From Azolla caroliniana (lineage: Eukaryota > Plantae > Polypodiophyta): a stretch of 64,000 nucleotides of DNA. Location: assembly GCA_043228905.1 (NCBI GenBank), contig JBHGNT010000015.1:10478001-10542000 (forward strand), given 5' to 3'. A model generated the notes under the pieces. That model had not been told where the DNA came from, made no database searches, and saw only the letters and a list, made by a program, of their open reading frames with translations. The position numbers were made by a program, and so were the translations under genes. Within the stretch, counting starts at the first letter, position 1; every line of letters begins with the position of its first letter. This document shows, piece after piece, positions 20,001-35,000 of this stretch.

Positions 20001-23000
20001 ATCATCCTAATATCTGTCTGAATGGGATGTCGGTGGTAGGTTGGCTATGTGTTGACCATAGCTAGGGGGTGGCTAGGAGCATTGGGTTCTATCCAACGTA
20101 TTCACCATTTTTTTACTTTATTTTGGCCTATTGATTAGTAAAAGATTCTTAACAATTTCTCGGGCCTGAGGTTCATTGGCTGTTCACCAGACTCCATGGT
20201 GCTCCAATGGAGTTGTATTTTGTGCACAAGGACGTAGATGCATCTTTTATATGGATATGTAGTCATACAGAGGCTCGAACAATGTCTCGGGCCTGAGGTT
20301 CATTGGCTGTTTCACCAGACTCCATGGTGCAATGGAGTTGCTGTGTTTTGTGCACAAGGACGTAAATGCATCTTTTATATGGATATGTAAGTCACACAGA
20401 GGCTCGTAGAGAGCTATATGTCTCAGTAAGCTTACAATGTCAAAGTACTTAGTTAACGAAAATATTTGGTATCCAAAACATTTTACTAACCTAGTTATAT
20501 TTATTTTGGTTTAATGTTCTCCAAGATGAGACAATAATTTGAAAGGCAATCTCTCAGTCAGCCTGATAGGTCTTTTGGGCTCTTAAAAAATGTTTAAACT
20601 TTATATATATTTGTGTGTGTGTGTGTGTGTGTGTGTGTTTTATTGTATGCCCTATTCTCTCAATGTCATCTACATCAACGAAATGAGTCCAAATTTTGTA
20701 GTCTGGAGTTTTTTGATGAGTTATTGGCATGCCACAATACTGATCTAATCTTGGGAAGAATGTGGTTATTGCTGTAATCTTGGGAGGAAGAAGACTATTG
20801 ATCTAATCATTGGATAAAGGAGACTAATTATGCTACATAGCGTGTGCCACTCTTAGTACAGAGATTGTACTTTTTATACTTCTTTTCTGTTCATCATATA
20901 TCTATAACTGTTTACATCAGTCACTTCTATTTTGAAAACTCTAGATAACTGGGTAATTCAATTGCAGGTAGATGAAGAAGAATGTTTGAATAAAGTGATA
21001 CTGGATGATACTGAATCACTACCTCAATCAACAGTATCATCCCAGCTAGGAAACTCAGCCTCTGATAAGAATGCACAAGACCTAGCTCAATCTGAAGAAA
21101 ATTCATGGTACTCTTCAAGTAATGGAATTGAAATTTGGAAGTTGAGAACACGGTTCAACGTTTTTGGTAGATTAGATATAATGAGACATAAGATTTCAAA
21201 ATCTCTTCTATTTCATCGTTCAGACAATGTTAAAAATCATAGACACATGAATCATGATATAACATATTCTCCCCCTTCTTGGAGACCCGTACAAAAAGAG
21301 GAATATCATCCTAAATTTGTGAACAATATTTTAAAATTTGTGATTCCATGCAGGAATGATCTATGCCAAAAGCTGTCTGACATAGAAATCTTGCCAGAGA
21401 ATCTGGAAGAACAGGAAAGGCCTCTTATTTTGACCTATTTCATTATCTATAACTAAATAGTAAAATACTATACAATTATTAGAATATCTATATGAAGAAA
21501 TTCACAATGTTGTGACCATTTGTTGCTTGTATCTATCTCGCCTCCTATTTTTTATCAAGCAGCATCATAACGAGTTTAATTGTAGCCATTATATGCTAAA
21601 TTTAGAATCCTTTCATGTAAGTATATCCCAAATGCCCTTAGGTGCAAATAATACATTAAACCACTGGTCAGCCTAATGTATGTTACTTTATCTGATGTCG
21701 TGAAATTCATGTATAGGACTGTATTGGTGCACTTTGGTTTTACTAATTACTAGAACTTTTTTGTCAGTGAAATGTTAAGGTCTTCACATTTGGAGAATAT
21801 GATTTATGCATTATAAGATAGCTTCTAGGTTTATGAGGCTATATACACTGAAGAGGCAGGCCCTGTCCTGGTACATAATGCATATCTATACATCATTAGA
21901 ATATCTATATGAAGAAATTCACAATATTATAACCATTTTGTTGTTTGTGCCTATCTCTCCTATTTTTCCATCAAGCAGCATCATAATGAGTTTAATTGTA
22001 GCCATTGTATGTTTATGTTAAATTTAATCACGTAAGTTTATCCCGAATTCCCTTAGATGCGAATAATACATTAAACCACCAGCCAGCCTAATGTATGTTA
22101 CTCTATCTAATGTCATTAATGTGGCTGTCATGAAATTCATGTATAGGACTGTATTGATGCACTTTGGTTTTACCAATTACTAGAACGTTTTCAGCAGTGA
22201 AATGTTAAGTTCTTGACATTTGGTTACTATGATTTATGATTCATAAGACAGCTTCTAGATTTATGAGGCTATATGCACTGAAGAAGCAGGCCGTGTCCTG
22301 GTACATAATGCATACTAACATCAATTTGGACTCAAAGTACATGAAAGGCACTGGGCATAAATATGTTAAATTAAACTTATAGACTTATTGGAGGATGCTC
22401 TTTTTTCATGATTTATATTGGATTGAGATAATGCGTTAAACTGTATCAGGGGAGTGCAGATGCCTTGTTTCAACAAAGGGAAGAGCAGCTGAGGAATTCT
22501 GAGAAAAGGCTAATTGAGGAGCAAAACAAACTTTCAGAGGCGTGGAATTCTTTATTTAAATATGAGGAAACCCTCTCTGTAAGGGAAAAGTTGGTGCGGA
22601 AACAGGAGCAGGTACACCCTAAATTTCATCATGGATTTTTTCTTTCTATACCCAAAGGATGCCCAGCTTAAACTCAATTCAAGTTCTGTCAATAATATCA
22701 TGGATTTTGGTTTCCTTTAACCCACGGAACCAATGTTATCTCTACCATTCCTGGACAGCCATAGAATTGGTTTCTGACCCTGTGGAGCGTGTGTAAAATT
22801 TGTCAAGCACAGAATTTAGCAAAGTTTTAGCCTTACTCGAGTTTACCTTACTAATGCATGGCATCTCTTATGTTTAAAGTACATTAGCTATGCATGGTTC
22901 TCCAGATTCTTGACAGAAAACCAACACCAAATTGTCTTATCATGAAGGAACATCAGCTCAAAGTAAATGAAAATTTGTTCATGTAAAGGGAAATCATGTA

Positions 23001-26000
23001 ATATTCAGCACTTAGGGAAACCAGTTTTCTTATGATGCCCTGAACTTTGTTTTATTTTTTAGTATGCACAATTATGAGTCTTCCTCAAGTTTGTTTTTAG
23101 GCTTGAACTCAATTCAGGAGGAAATAATGTAATCCTACTGCTCCTGGGCAGCTGTAAGTTTTCTCATGTTGCTATGAACCTTGGTTAAGATTCGCTAAGT
23201 GCATTTTCTAGCAATATTTTTAGCCTTCCTGAAGTTTTCTTACTGATGCAAGAGATCTCTTATGTTTGTGATATGAGCTATGGACCATGCACAGGATTCT
23301 CTACTGAAAACCTATATCAAATTATTTCAGCAGTGTAAGAATTGAATAGATGAACTGTTCTCAATAAATTTTGGATCTTTGTGAGCTTCATGGCTTCTAT
23401 CATACTCATGACTACTGTTCTCTGGAATTCGTGTTAACAGTATTGCGAGGCTTACAAAACTGCCAAGAATCCCTTGAATCTGAGTGTTTAGCTGAATTAA
23501 GAATTGTAGGATATGCATTTGGATTTGTAAACTATACATCAGGGGTCTATAGAGTCTATAAAGACCATTGTAATGAAACTTTACGTGAATCATGTAATTT
23601 TGTTGAGCATGTCTATTTTCTAACAGAAGGTTATGTACCTTATGTTATCTTCATTAAGCCACATAAATTTCTGACTATGCATAATGCGTACTACTCATGT
23701 TTTGTTTAATGTAGAACAGAATTCCTGTAACTGTGCAAGGGAGTCCATTGCTGAAAAGAAAAGTATGTGACATTGCATGGTGGATTTGCATGTAATATGG
23801 CCCAATAGAGGAAAGGGGATATTTGTATTTCAGAGGCAGAGAAATAGTTGACCAAGTAAATGTGTCTGTATATGACTTGTCGACACTTGTGTACTACTCT
23901 AGCCATTCTTCCTCTGTAAGATCAATGACTTTTAACCTCAGAGAGTTAAATGAAAAGTGGCCCCACAGGTTTTGTTTGTATATAGAACATGCTAATAGCT
24001 GTGCATTGATGGATTGGTTTAAGAAAGTCTTCTATATTATGTTTTGTTTTATTTAACTGGATACTGTTAGGAACCACAACATTATTTTTTAGTTTAATTA
24101 ATCAATTCCCCTTCAATTTAGGCTGTTGCAGAAAGTCAAAGAGCAGCAACTGCTTCCTTGGTTGAATTTCAGAAAAGGTCTGCAGAAATTATTGTAGAAG
24201 ATTCTGTTATTCAGGAAAAACAACAGCATTTGGAGGATTTTGAAAAACAGTTAGGTAAGGCAATGCATGAGATGCAGACAGAAACGGAATCTTTGAACAA
24301 AAGGAAGTTAGAATTCCACGAACAAGATCTTCAGATTCGTGCCAGAGAGAAAGCTATAGAGTCACATCTTGCTCAATGCGAGGAAGAGAAAGCAAAGGTA
24401 AAAGCTGAATGGGTAAAACTTGGGGCGGAGAGGGTAATGGATAGCAAGGAAAGGAGAGAAAACAAGGAGAGGGAAGAAAGGATTGCGGCAAAAGAAAAAG
24501 ATGTTGAGACAAAACTCCTTGCTGTTGATAATCTTGTTCAGAAGCTTGATGCAAGAGAAAAGCTGCTAAAGAACATAAAGAAACAGTGTGAAGAGGAACG
24601 AACTCAAATTCAAGATTTGATGGCTAAAATGGACGCGGAAAACAAGTCCAATGAAGAGGCTAAAAAGGAGTTGGAGATCTCTAAGAATCGCTTAGAGGAA
24701 GCTTCGAAACGTTTCTCCAAAGAGCAGCAACAATCAGCCCAGGATATGAAATTAGCAGATGAAAAGATTAAAACTTTAGAAGAAAGAATCAAAAGGCAAG
24801 AACATGATTTAATGCAGAAGCAAAAAAAAGTGGAAATTCTTGAAGCTCAAGTAAAGAATGAGCAACATCAGAATCATATTTTGCATTCTAGGATCCAAAT
24901 AGAACAGGAAAAAATGATGGAAGAAATGGCCATCCAGGAGGAAAACCTTAAAAAACGAGAGTCAATTCTAGAAAAAAAGGAAGAAGATGTGAAAAAGAGC
25001 CTTCAAAAGCTGGTTGAAAAGAGGAACCTTGTTGATTTGAAGCTAAAGCAGTTAAAGGAGATAGAAACACGGACAGAATCATTAGAAGATGAACTCCATA
25101 ATCGACATCAGGATCACCTTCAGAAGGTCTATCTCCAGTCTGCATTTTGTATTTTCCTAGAAGATAAGTTTGTTACTTCTTAGTTATTTTTTTCAGAGTC
25201 ATGGCAGTTGCACATTTTTTCTGTTTCAAACAAATACAATGTTTATGAGTAAGCATAGGGATATACATATTAAAATGAGTTTCTTACAATAATATATGTT
25301 TGATAAATGTTCATGAACCATTTCAGGGATTGAGAATAGTCGCCAGTCCCAGCCAGTAGTATATGAACTTGTACCAAAATGTGATTAACATATGGGGGGT
25401 CGTAGTGTCCCTCAAAAATTTCTTATGTTAATCCATTTAGCTCACCTGGTTTGGTGGGATACTTGCTACATCCAAAAAGATACAAACCTATACTTAAGGT
25501 TTAGAAGACATCTGCACTATCCATTAGACAATCGATGCACATTTCTACCTGGTCACTCAATGTGTTCTAAGTAACTACATACATGAGTGCAGTTATTGGG
25601 GAGTATGGATGCAGACATGGAATTCACATTTGTTTTAACGGTGTGAATATATACTGGGTTCTTTTGTTGACTTCCACATGCTGTAGAGGCACACTGGGCA
25701 TGTTACCAGTAACCAATGATCTCATATTTTTGAGCCATTTGCTTCTCTAGAACATATATTTGTTTTGTTTTGCTGTTCTCAAAGATGAGACAACAATTTA
25801 TTGACATTGGTTCCGATCACTCACTTCTCTTGCCACTTTGGTTATGCTAAGGTGTGGAGAGTCCAAGCTATATTTGAATGGGGCAGTGCATTTATACTTA
25901 TGCCAGATGACTGGAACCATTCCTACATCTCAGCATACAAACAGTGATTATCTCCATGTTCAGCAAGCTGTTTTGGCGACATAAATGCTGTCTTGAGTAG

Positions 26001-29000
26001 CTTTGATTAAGGAGTTTCCAAATCTATCGGAGACTTGTCGGTGATCAGAATATGCAATGGTCACTATCGGGGTTGCTCCCATCTCTGTCTGGATTATATC
26101 ATAGTGCACCTTATCATGTAGGCAATCATTGAAACTAGTGATCAGTCCCCAAATTTCTTCTCCACAAAAAAGAGTAGGTTTCACAAGTTTATCGAACCAC
26201 CACAATGTAGTTTTACTTCTTGGAATTTTATATGTGCGAAATCCTTTTAAGGGCATGAAGGGCTGCCTTTCTACAAGAAAGTTGAGCACATCATGCCTCC
26301 ATAGCGAAAGCCAAGGTTCTGAGAATGTTGCTCTTAGATATGTGTAGGATTGCGTGTATGCGACTTTTTCCTCTTCCCAGAAAAAATTCTGTTTTGCTCT
26401 CATTACCCATGTTTAAGTGGTTTTAAACACCATCGCTCTCATTTTATCAAGGTTTACTAACAGATCTTTGTGTACACATTGACATATACATCACTTTAAA
26501 GCATATAGTTGTCTGCGTAGTTTGCTGGAGAGTTGGAGATCAACACGATGTCATGAACAGTTCGTAATCTCAGTATGGCTATCTCTACTAAGTATGCTCC
26601 TGCACACCCCATCTCTCTACGTAATTGGATATCTCATCTATATGAAGACTCAAGAGAGTGGATGATTGTAGGCATCCTTTGTTTTTGTAATTGTGCTAGT
26701 CATGATCTCAGTGAATCCAGTAGGTCTGCACAGTTTTCTTGACACTGTCCTTATAGAGCACAGATTCCCCAGTGGATATCTAGTGGGATGACAAGGGCAT
26801 CTAGTCGCGGCATGAGCCTAGCATGTCGAATGGTATTGAAGACTTTCTGGAAATCCCCAATGTAACAATAGATTCTCCTTTTATGTTCTCTTCCCTCTCA
26901 ATGAGGAACGGAGGGTCAATATGTGATAAAAATTTGTGAAAGTAACCTACCTCTATAGTTGAATGGCAGTGATTTCTCTCTGCTGACACACTCAAATCTG
27001 AATCTATGATTGAGCCATATAGTTTAGCCTAGTAATGGCCAATTATGATAGTCCTATAATTTCTAGGTATCATGGAATCTCTGCTCTTGGAGATTGGTAC
27101 AATGGTACGTTCTATCTAGCTAATAGGGAAACCTTTATACACAGCTTAATTAAATACGTGAGCAAGAAGCAGGAACAAGGTGTCGGTGGTGTATAAAGGT
27201 ATACTAATCTAACTTAGTAAATATTGCAGAAGCTCAAGAAGAATGATAAATCAGTTACCAGAACTAATCAAGAGCAATAGTTTCTCGGAAGAGTGAAATG
27301 CTGCCCTCTGAAATTCTTCATGATGAGGTGATTAAGAATGGAGAGGCCAATTGAAATATAGAAAAATATCTCACCGATTTTATGTCACAATACCAACAAT
27401 CCTTCGGAAGTACTATTTGAAAGTATTGATTTAAAGATATAGATATAAAATCTCAGAAGCAATAAAACAAGACACAAAAAATAGAGACTACCAACTGATA
27501 AATTATGTATCAATAGTAATCACCCTCAAACACAAACACTATGAGGAAATCAGAGACTGTTGACATTATAAATAAGTTGAATATAACAGAAATAAGTAAG
27601 AAATTAATAGGAGCAAATATATTCTAAAGAAGCTGACTGGGATAGTATAACTGTCACTCTTGGACTACGTCTCTCTTCATGTGCTCTATGACAACCTCTT
27701 ATCGTAGAGGTCATTCTCAAGAAAAGAGATCATGATCTTTTCTATGCACCTAGTGTTTTTTGTTTTGCAATCCTTCTTTGAACTCCAAGATTTCGATTTC
27801 TCTTATTACTATTGGAACTTTGTTTATTTACCTCTGTTGTGAGGTACTAAGAGCATGTCTTTATACATGGATTTTGTGCCCTTGTACACATTTATGTTGG
27901 AACTGTTTTGGTTAATTTACAAGGAAGACATGTTTTGGGCCTTTGCTAGTGGCAACCCTAATAATCACAAATGAAGAGTTTGGCTGGTCTTGATAGTTAT
28001 ACCTTATATAGCATCAACCAATGCTTCATGTAGAGATTGATTGGCAGCATTGCTAGAGATAGGCTACACATATTGAGTGTACACATATTGAGCTGATTGG
28101 GATGCTGCACAGCTGTTCTTTCTCTGCAGGGGAATTCCACATGTGACTATCTGTTTTTGTTTCTCAGCAGTATGATATTGCTAGGATCTAGGGGCCGCCA
28201 TGTTGTTGTTGGAACCTGTGTCCTCCATGATATCTTCCCATCTGGATACTGGGTTTTCCTCGATAAGATAATATTGCCAACATATTGAGTGTTTCAGTTG
28301 TCTTGTTTCCTGTACGGTAATGACATTAAGTATGATGCTTTATCTTAGGAAAAGAGAGGTTGAGAGAATATCTGTGGATTTGTGGAGAAGAAAAGAGAGA
28401 ATATGAAACAGGTTGAACGACATGCGAAACAATATGAGGCTGAATTAAAACAACTTGAGACTACAAAACATGATTTACAACAAAAGAGTGCTGAGCTCGA
28501 TCGAAGATTTCAAGAAGTTCAAGCTATGAAAAAGGAGGCTAAGCAATGCCAAAAAAGGGTTGAAAAGGAATTCCATGATAAGATGGAAGTTTTCTTAAAG
28601 GATAAAGCAAACCTAGAAACTCAGAAACAAAACGTGGTAATGTTCTTTTCTATTCATTAGAATTTAATTGTGCAAGCTTTGTTATATGAACGGAAATATA
28701 AGAAAGCACGGAAATTAAATATTGGTGATGCTAAGAAATTTTCCAGCACTATCCTAATGTAACATCATCTTTGCTTCCAAACATTATAACTACATTATAT
28801 TCAAAGTTTTCACTTCTTTGCCTCTATAGATGCCATATACTCTTGTTTATCTACTGCTTGCTTTATATAGGTAGATATACACTGGCTGACAATTAATCTG
28901 GAAATGAACAAAAATCTCAAGCACAACTGTGCTACCCAGAGTTAAAACAAGCAGTGATGTTTCATACCCATTCTGAAAGAAATAAACAATTTGGCTGTAG

Positions 29001-32000
29001 AAGTTCAACTAAGTCGCATCAGCAATCCCTGTTTCAAGTAACTTGGTGTTCTAGTTCTGGCCAGGCATCAAAAGAACGTTTCCCATCTCTAGTGATAGTT
29101 CTAGGATTTTATGTGGTGAAATATCTATGGCCTTGGAGTGATGAATGCTATTTTTGGGAGGGTATTTGAGATGCGTGACCATTCAGTTGCGCATAATGTC
29201 AAGTTGTTCGGATGTTTCCATCTAGCGACAAGCACAACCATAATGATTGTGGTTTTTAGTCACTATATATATTGTTCATTTGACAAGGCTGTGACTATTT
29301 GTTTACCAGATAATTCAACAAATATAAGTTTTTTTATGACTTTTAGGAATTCAGGGTTGAATTGACAAGCTTAGGTTTATTTGTTCATTCTCACTCTACC
29401 TGCTCTCATACCTAGGAATATATTCACAGGGCCTTGATTCTCCTTCTGGAAGAGTGCCTGTGGTTGACTTTATAGTGTATATGCAGCTCTTGGTGCTCTT
29501 TAAAGACAATGTGCAGAGACACAGTTCCAAGACTCATGGGAGAGATTTGGAGAGACCTTTAGGTTCAATCCTTGCCCACATGATAAGCTGCAGAGCATCA
29601 TTGGCTCATGATAATAACTCGGGTGGAGAATCACCAAGGCATTATTGTAATCAGTGACTAGTATCCAGCGGCTTTGGAGCTCATTTTGCATAGGAACTCA
29701 AGGTTGGCAATTGATCAAAACAACTTGTTGAACATAGAGATGATCATTGTCAATTTTCTGAAATGCAAGAATAGTTCGAGTCACATGGCATATGCGTAAG
29801 TAAATGCACTAGCCCCATTCCAATATAAGTTTGGATTATTCCCATCTAAACATGACCAAAGAGGAAAAGAATAGAGTGATCCAAACTGATTTATTAAATT
29901 GAATAATAGAAAAACATGGATTAGCCCCACAATCTCTTGGTAGCAAGATGGCTGTCAAAGAGGCATATTTTATACACACATTTGAGGATGGATTCATTGT
30001 CAGGTCCTCTTATATTGATATATATCTATTGCATGCATTGCGCAGTGTGGTAGGGCAGTTGTCAATGAGGTAGACAGATATGCAGGCACCCCTTAGAAGA
30101 AAGAATCTACCAATTGTGCCAGCAGGTAGTGGAATATGAAGAACACTTTGTTTCCCACCCCGTTTTTTTTTATCAAATAAGAGTGATATACCATTGCCTC
30201 TTTTAACCACGGTTTTTGTCCCCAATGAAAGGGAACAAAAAATGAGGACCTATAATTCTTGGGACTGTTCTTCTTAGAACCCAAGAGACTCAAGGAGAAA
30301 TTGTTGCAGGAGAGCAATACAACCACACAAGTTTACCAACAAAGCACATAACTTTCTTTAGCCCTATCACTCCGATTCATACTACAAGTGAATAATGGCT
30401 TATTTAAGTAGACAGGGTAATAGATCAGGCAATAGCAATTTGTCATGGACGTAGGCCCCTACCTTGAGAACCACAATCACGTCACCCTTGTCATCGGCAG
30501 TCATTATGTTCTGCCATGTCAGGTGCGTTCCTTGCTTCAAAGATCTCTCTATTGTGGATCCACCCATGGTGGAGGTCTTTCAAAGAAAGACATTATAATC
30601 TATCTGACATATACATACTGAGATTCATTAGTCACTTTTTATTTACTTTTTTATGTTGATAGATTTATTTTGATTTGTTGTTCTTCATAAGGAGACAATG
30701 GTAAGATGTAATCTCTTGATTGGTCTCATAGATCATTTTTTCCTCTTAAAAGACGTTAATATTCCTTACTTTCTTTCCTGCCTTCTGTCAGGGGAGACAT
30801 GCATTCCCGTCTTTTCATTTGTTCTCACCTCAGAATGCTCCATGGAGTTATTTTGATGGTGTTCATTAGTTTGGATATTGGTCAGTTTATTTTGATATAA
30901 TGTGGCTTCTCTCATTCTCTCATTTGTGTTCTAATGAAGATTTTCTTTTGTTATCAGCAATATTCCTGAAGAAACATTTAATCTGCTTTTGTTTTGTTTT
31001 TACTTCAGATCAATCTTCAACAGGAGATTGAAAAGGCAGGAAACAAGTTGATGGATCATGTGATGGCTTTGGATGGGCCTTTAGCTAAGCTTGATATGTT
31101 GCATGAAAAGCTTGATGTGTCAGAAAAGAAGCTGCAGATTCTAGTGAATCATATTTCACAACAGCAGAAATTTTTGAAGGAAAAGGAAAAGACTCTTATA
31201 GCAAAGGTCATATATGATTTATAACCATTTCATGTTTAGAACTAACTAATTTTTGTGTCTTGCAAATATTACATTGCATATGACAGGCATAATTTGTCTT
31301 TTCCCTACCTAAATTAACTTCTAAATGTTTCTCTTGTGGCAAATTGCATTGTGTACTATTCTTTGTCATGATCTCTATTTGTTAAATTGCCCATTGTCCC
31401 GTGATCAGTCTGGGTAGCTTTTTCATTCTTAGAGTATCAGGCAATGTCTGATTACATTTATGCATCAGAGGGGAAACTTGGAGAAGATCTAGCTGAGAGT
31501 AAAAAATGCTAGCTGCAGAAGACATGTTAGAAAAATGGCCCTGCAGCACTTATTTCCTTTCTTTGCTGCCACGTTGAGCAGTTTTTTATAGATTCTGATA
31601 TATACTCCTTAAGAGGCCGTGGTTCCTTTAGATGTAGCATTCCGTTATCATCGTCACATAATATAAAATATTGGGCCTTACAAGGCATATAGAAGAAATG
31701 GTAGAGACATAGCATATGTGTGGCTGTACTTGGGAGTTATCCACTTAGAACCCCTTTATGTTTTGTCTCCAACAACTTAAACCAATAACAAGAGGTTTGC
31801 TTGAAGCTAACACTTCAATAGGTTTCCTCTCTAAACTTCTGTGGAGGTAACCAACTTTGAGGTAAAACTTTTGTTAAGAATTAGGTAATTAAGCAAGGGT
31901 TAATTATACCTAATTATGTGATTAAGTTAATAAGTGGAAGATTAAGTGATATGTGTGTGTATGTGTGTGAGAGGAAGAGAGAGAGGAAGATACACTTATG

Positions 32001-35000
32001 TACAACACAAGATGGGGGATGAGTAACTATATTAAATTAGCATTATCATCATCAAATACAAAAATACTTAAATGAGGTATATATAGATCTCATGTGCAAG
32101 GGTGCACATATGTGAGGATAATATAGGCACAAAAGTGTAAGTCCTATATTAAATGTACTTAGGAGTGGAGGATCTAGAAGGTCCTATTTAAGGCGTTATA
32201 GTCAACACTTCTAGCTAGATTCTATCTAGGTAACTACGAAGTTACATGGTTAACTAACAAACTAAACTAAGTTAACCTTGATCTCTCAACATGCCCCCTC
32301 AAGCTCAAGTGTGAGGCGTCCGACATTCGCTTTGGCTTTCATCGGCTTTGTGTGCTTCCGTCTGCCCTTCGGCTTTCTTTGTCGTGACAATCTCGGTTCC
32401 TTCCCCTCAAGCTAGTGACGAAGGCTTGTAGTGTGTGGGTGAAGGTCAACTACTTCTACCCATCGTCCGTTACGAGCTGCTTCGGTGGAGCTCTTGGGCT
32501 CTTGTTCGGCCGCTACCTTCATCGCGAAGGCATACTGATGGGCCATATACTTGTAGCCGAGCTGAGTGACGGGGTTCTTAGCTCTAGATGAGCGTCGAAG
32601 TTTTTCGCTCGCCGATGTTAGCGCCTTCTTTGCTCCGGGTGTTCGCATGATGGGTACACCGAACTCATTGTCTAGTGAGGGAGCCGACACATCTGAATCA
32701 CTGTCGTCGGGGTGATTGACTTTGTATTCGGGCATCTTACCTTTGCCTTTGTCCAAGTTCGTACTTGGTCGCGACATGCTTGGGTCGCGTGGGGGTTCTT
32801 GTGGCCGACTAGGCCTTGCCGTAATCAAACTTTCTTCAAACATGTGTTCGAAGCGATCTCCATCTTCTACCTCTCGTTCGGCGGATTCTGGGTCGAGCGG
32901 AGTCGGAGTCGATGTTGTCTCTGGTGCGTACCAGGATGCGGACTCGTCGAAGTCTACGTCTCGACTTACCTGAACCGCTCGAGTAGAAGGGTTGTAGCAT
33001 TTGTATGCCTTCTTCTCGGACGAGTATCTTATGAGGATACATTCCTCTCGCTTCGTGTCGGGCTTTTGTCGTTGTTCGTTCGGGATGCGTACATTCACAA
33101 TGCTTTCGAACACCTTGAGGTGCGACAGGATCGGCTTCCTTTCGACGAGGAGCTCGTAGGGAGTTAGCTCATGGACTCCATTGTTGGTGCACCGGTTCAT
33201 GAGATAGACAGTCGTGGATGCCGCATCGGCCCAATAGAAGTTCGACATGTGCTTCTTATGCATCATGGTGTGTGTTACCTCGAGTATTTGTCGATTTTTC
33301 CTTTCGACTACTCCATTTTGTTGCGGGGTGTGTTGGCACAAGAATTCTCTCTGAATGCCTTCACTTTGGAGGTAGGAGGTGAATTCATCGAAGAAGTACT
33401 CCTTGCCTCCATCCGATCGTAGGCATCGAATGTGCTGACCGGTTTCTTTTTCGACTTGGCCCTTGAGCTTTTGGAAGTGGGAGAACACTTCACTCTTCTT
33501 CTTCATCAGGAAGATCCACGTGTAGCACGAGTAGTCATCGATAAAGGTGACGTAGAATCGGCATCCACTGATCGTTGACGTTTGAGCCGGTCCCCATACA
33601 TCTAAGTGTATGATGCTGAGGAGGCCTTTGCTCACGTGGCTCTCCTTCGAGAATGGGAGTCGATGTTGTTTGCCAAGTTGACACACTTCGTATACTCGGT
33701 CGACTCGTTTCGACTCGAATGTCGGAAGTCCGATAACCACTCCCTTTGATTGCATAGCTCGGAGCCGTTAGAGGTTTATGTGGCCAATTCTCTTGTGCCA
33801 CAACTTGATGCTTGTCTCGGTTTTGAGACCTTTAGCGTACATTGCCGATTTCACCTTGTTCGAATCGAGGATGAACATTCGACCATCTCTCCGCCCTTTA
33901 GCTATGATTCGGCCATCTTTCTCGATGAAGTATCCTTCGTTGTTGCAGCGGACTTGCATGCCTTACTCCACAATTTGGCCGATGGAGACCAATTTCTTTG
34001 TTATTGTGGGCACATGTTAGACATTCTTGATGCAAGTTTGCTCGCCTTCTTTCCCGAATGGGACATTGCCAATGTGTCGAATGGGATGTGTGGTGTTGTC
34101 TCCCGTCTCTATGAAGCCGGGTCGGTCCGTCGTTCGTATGTCACGAAACCACTCTTGGTGTGACGTCATATGATGTGAGGTGTCGAAATCGACGAACCAC
34201 ACGTCTTCCTAGTTGGAGGTGCTTGCGGAGTTGGAGGTGCTTGCGGAGTCGAAGGCAGACATAGAGTTTGCTCTATGCCTCATTACGAATAGTCTGTCGT
34301 AGTCATCGTATTCGGAGTTGGCGTTGGAATTTGTAAGTTGTCGACTTGTCGAAGCCGACTCGCTTCTTCTTTTTCGGCACTCCTCGCGATGGCTGATTTT
34401 TCCGCAATAGTTGCAAGTTGCGGGCTTCATTTGCCGACCTTGTTCGGCATGGAAGCTCCCCCTTCTTCCGAAGGTTCCTTGATGGCTTTGGTCCCTTCGT
34501 GTGATGGGCCGAATTGGCCTCTTCTACCGCCATGACCTCGTTCGCATCTACTGTCCGAACTTGAGAAGAACATTTGTCCTTCCGACGTCTTCGTCTTGGT
34601 TTGGACATGGTTCTCTTCGACCAATAACATTGATTGGAGGTCGAAAAAAGGAGGGTTTTCTCTCGCCAAGATTGTCGTCCGTAATTGATCGAATCGTTGT
34701 GCAAGGCCACCCAAGCATACTTGAACCATCTCGTCTTCATCGATGTTTATTTTGATGGAGCCAAGCGAGTCGCAAATGCTCTTGATCTTTGCGGCATAGT
34801 CCGACACAGACATGTCTTTTTGCCGAATGTTGTTCAACTCTTGTCGGAGTTGAAGCTTTCAGGCGGTTGTGTTGGCGGCGAACATTTTCTTTAAATTAAC
34901 CCACGCTTCTTTAGGCGTCTTGGCGTCTTGAATGTGGCTAAGCATGTGGTCGTGGACACATGTTGCCAAGCAATACATGACTCGACTCGCCGCTTGCTCC

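Noticed and set aside
22680-23340. Weak intronic repeat pair as a functional element
   Set aside because: Looks like an old, diverged local duplication with no TIR, TSD or coding signal.
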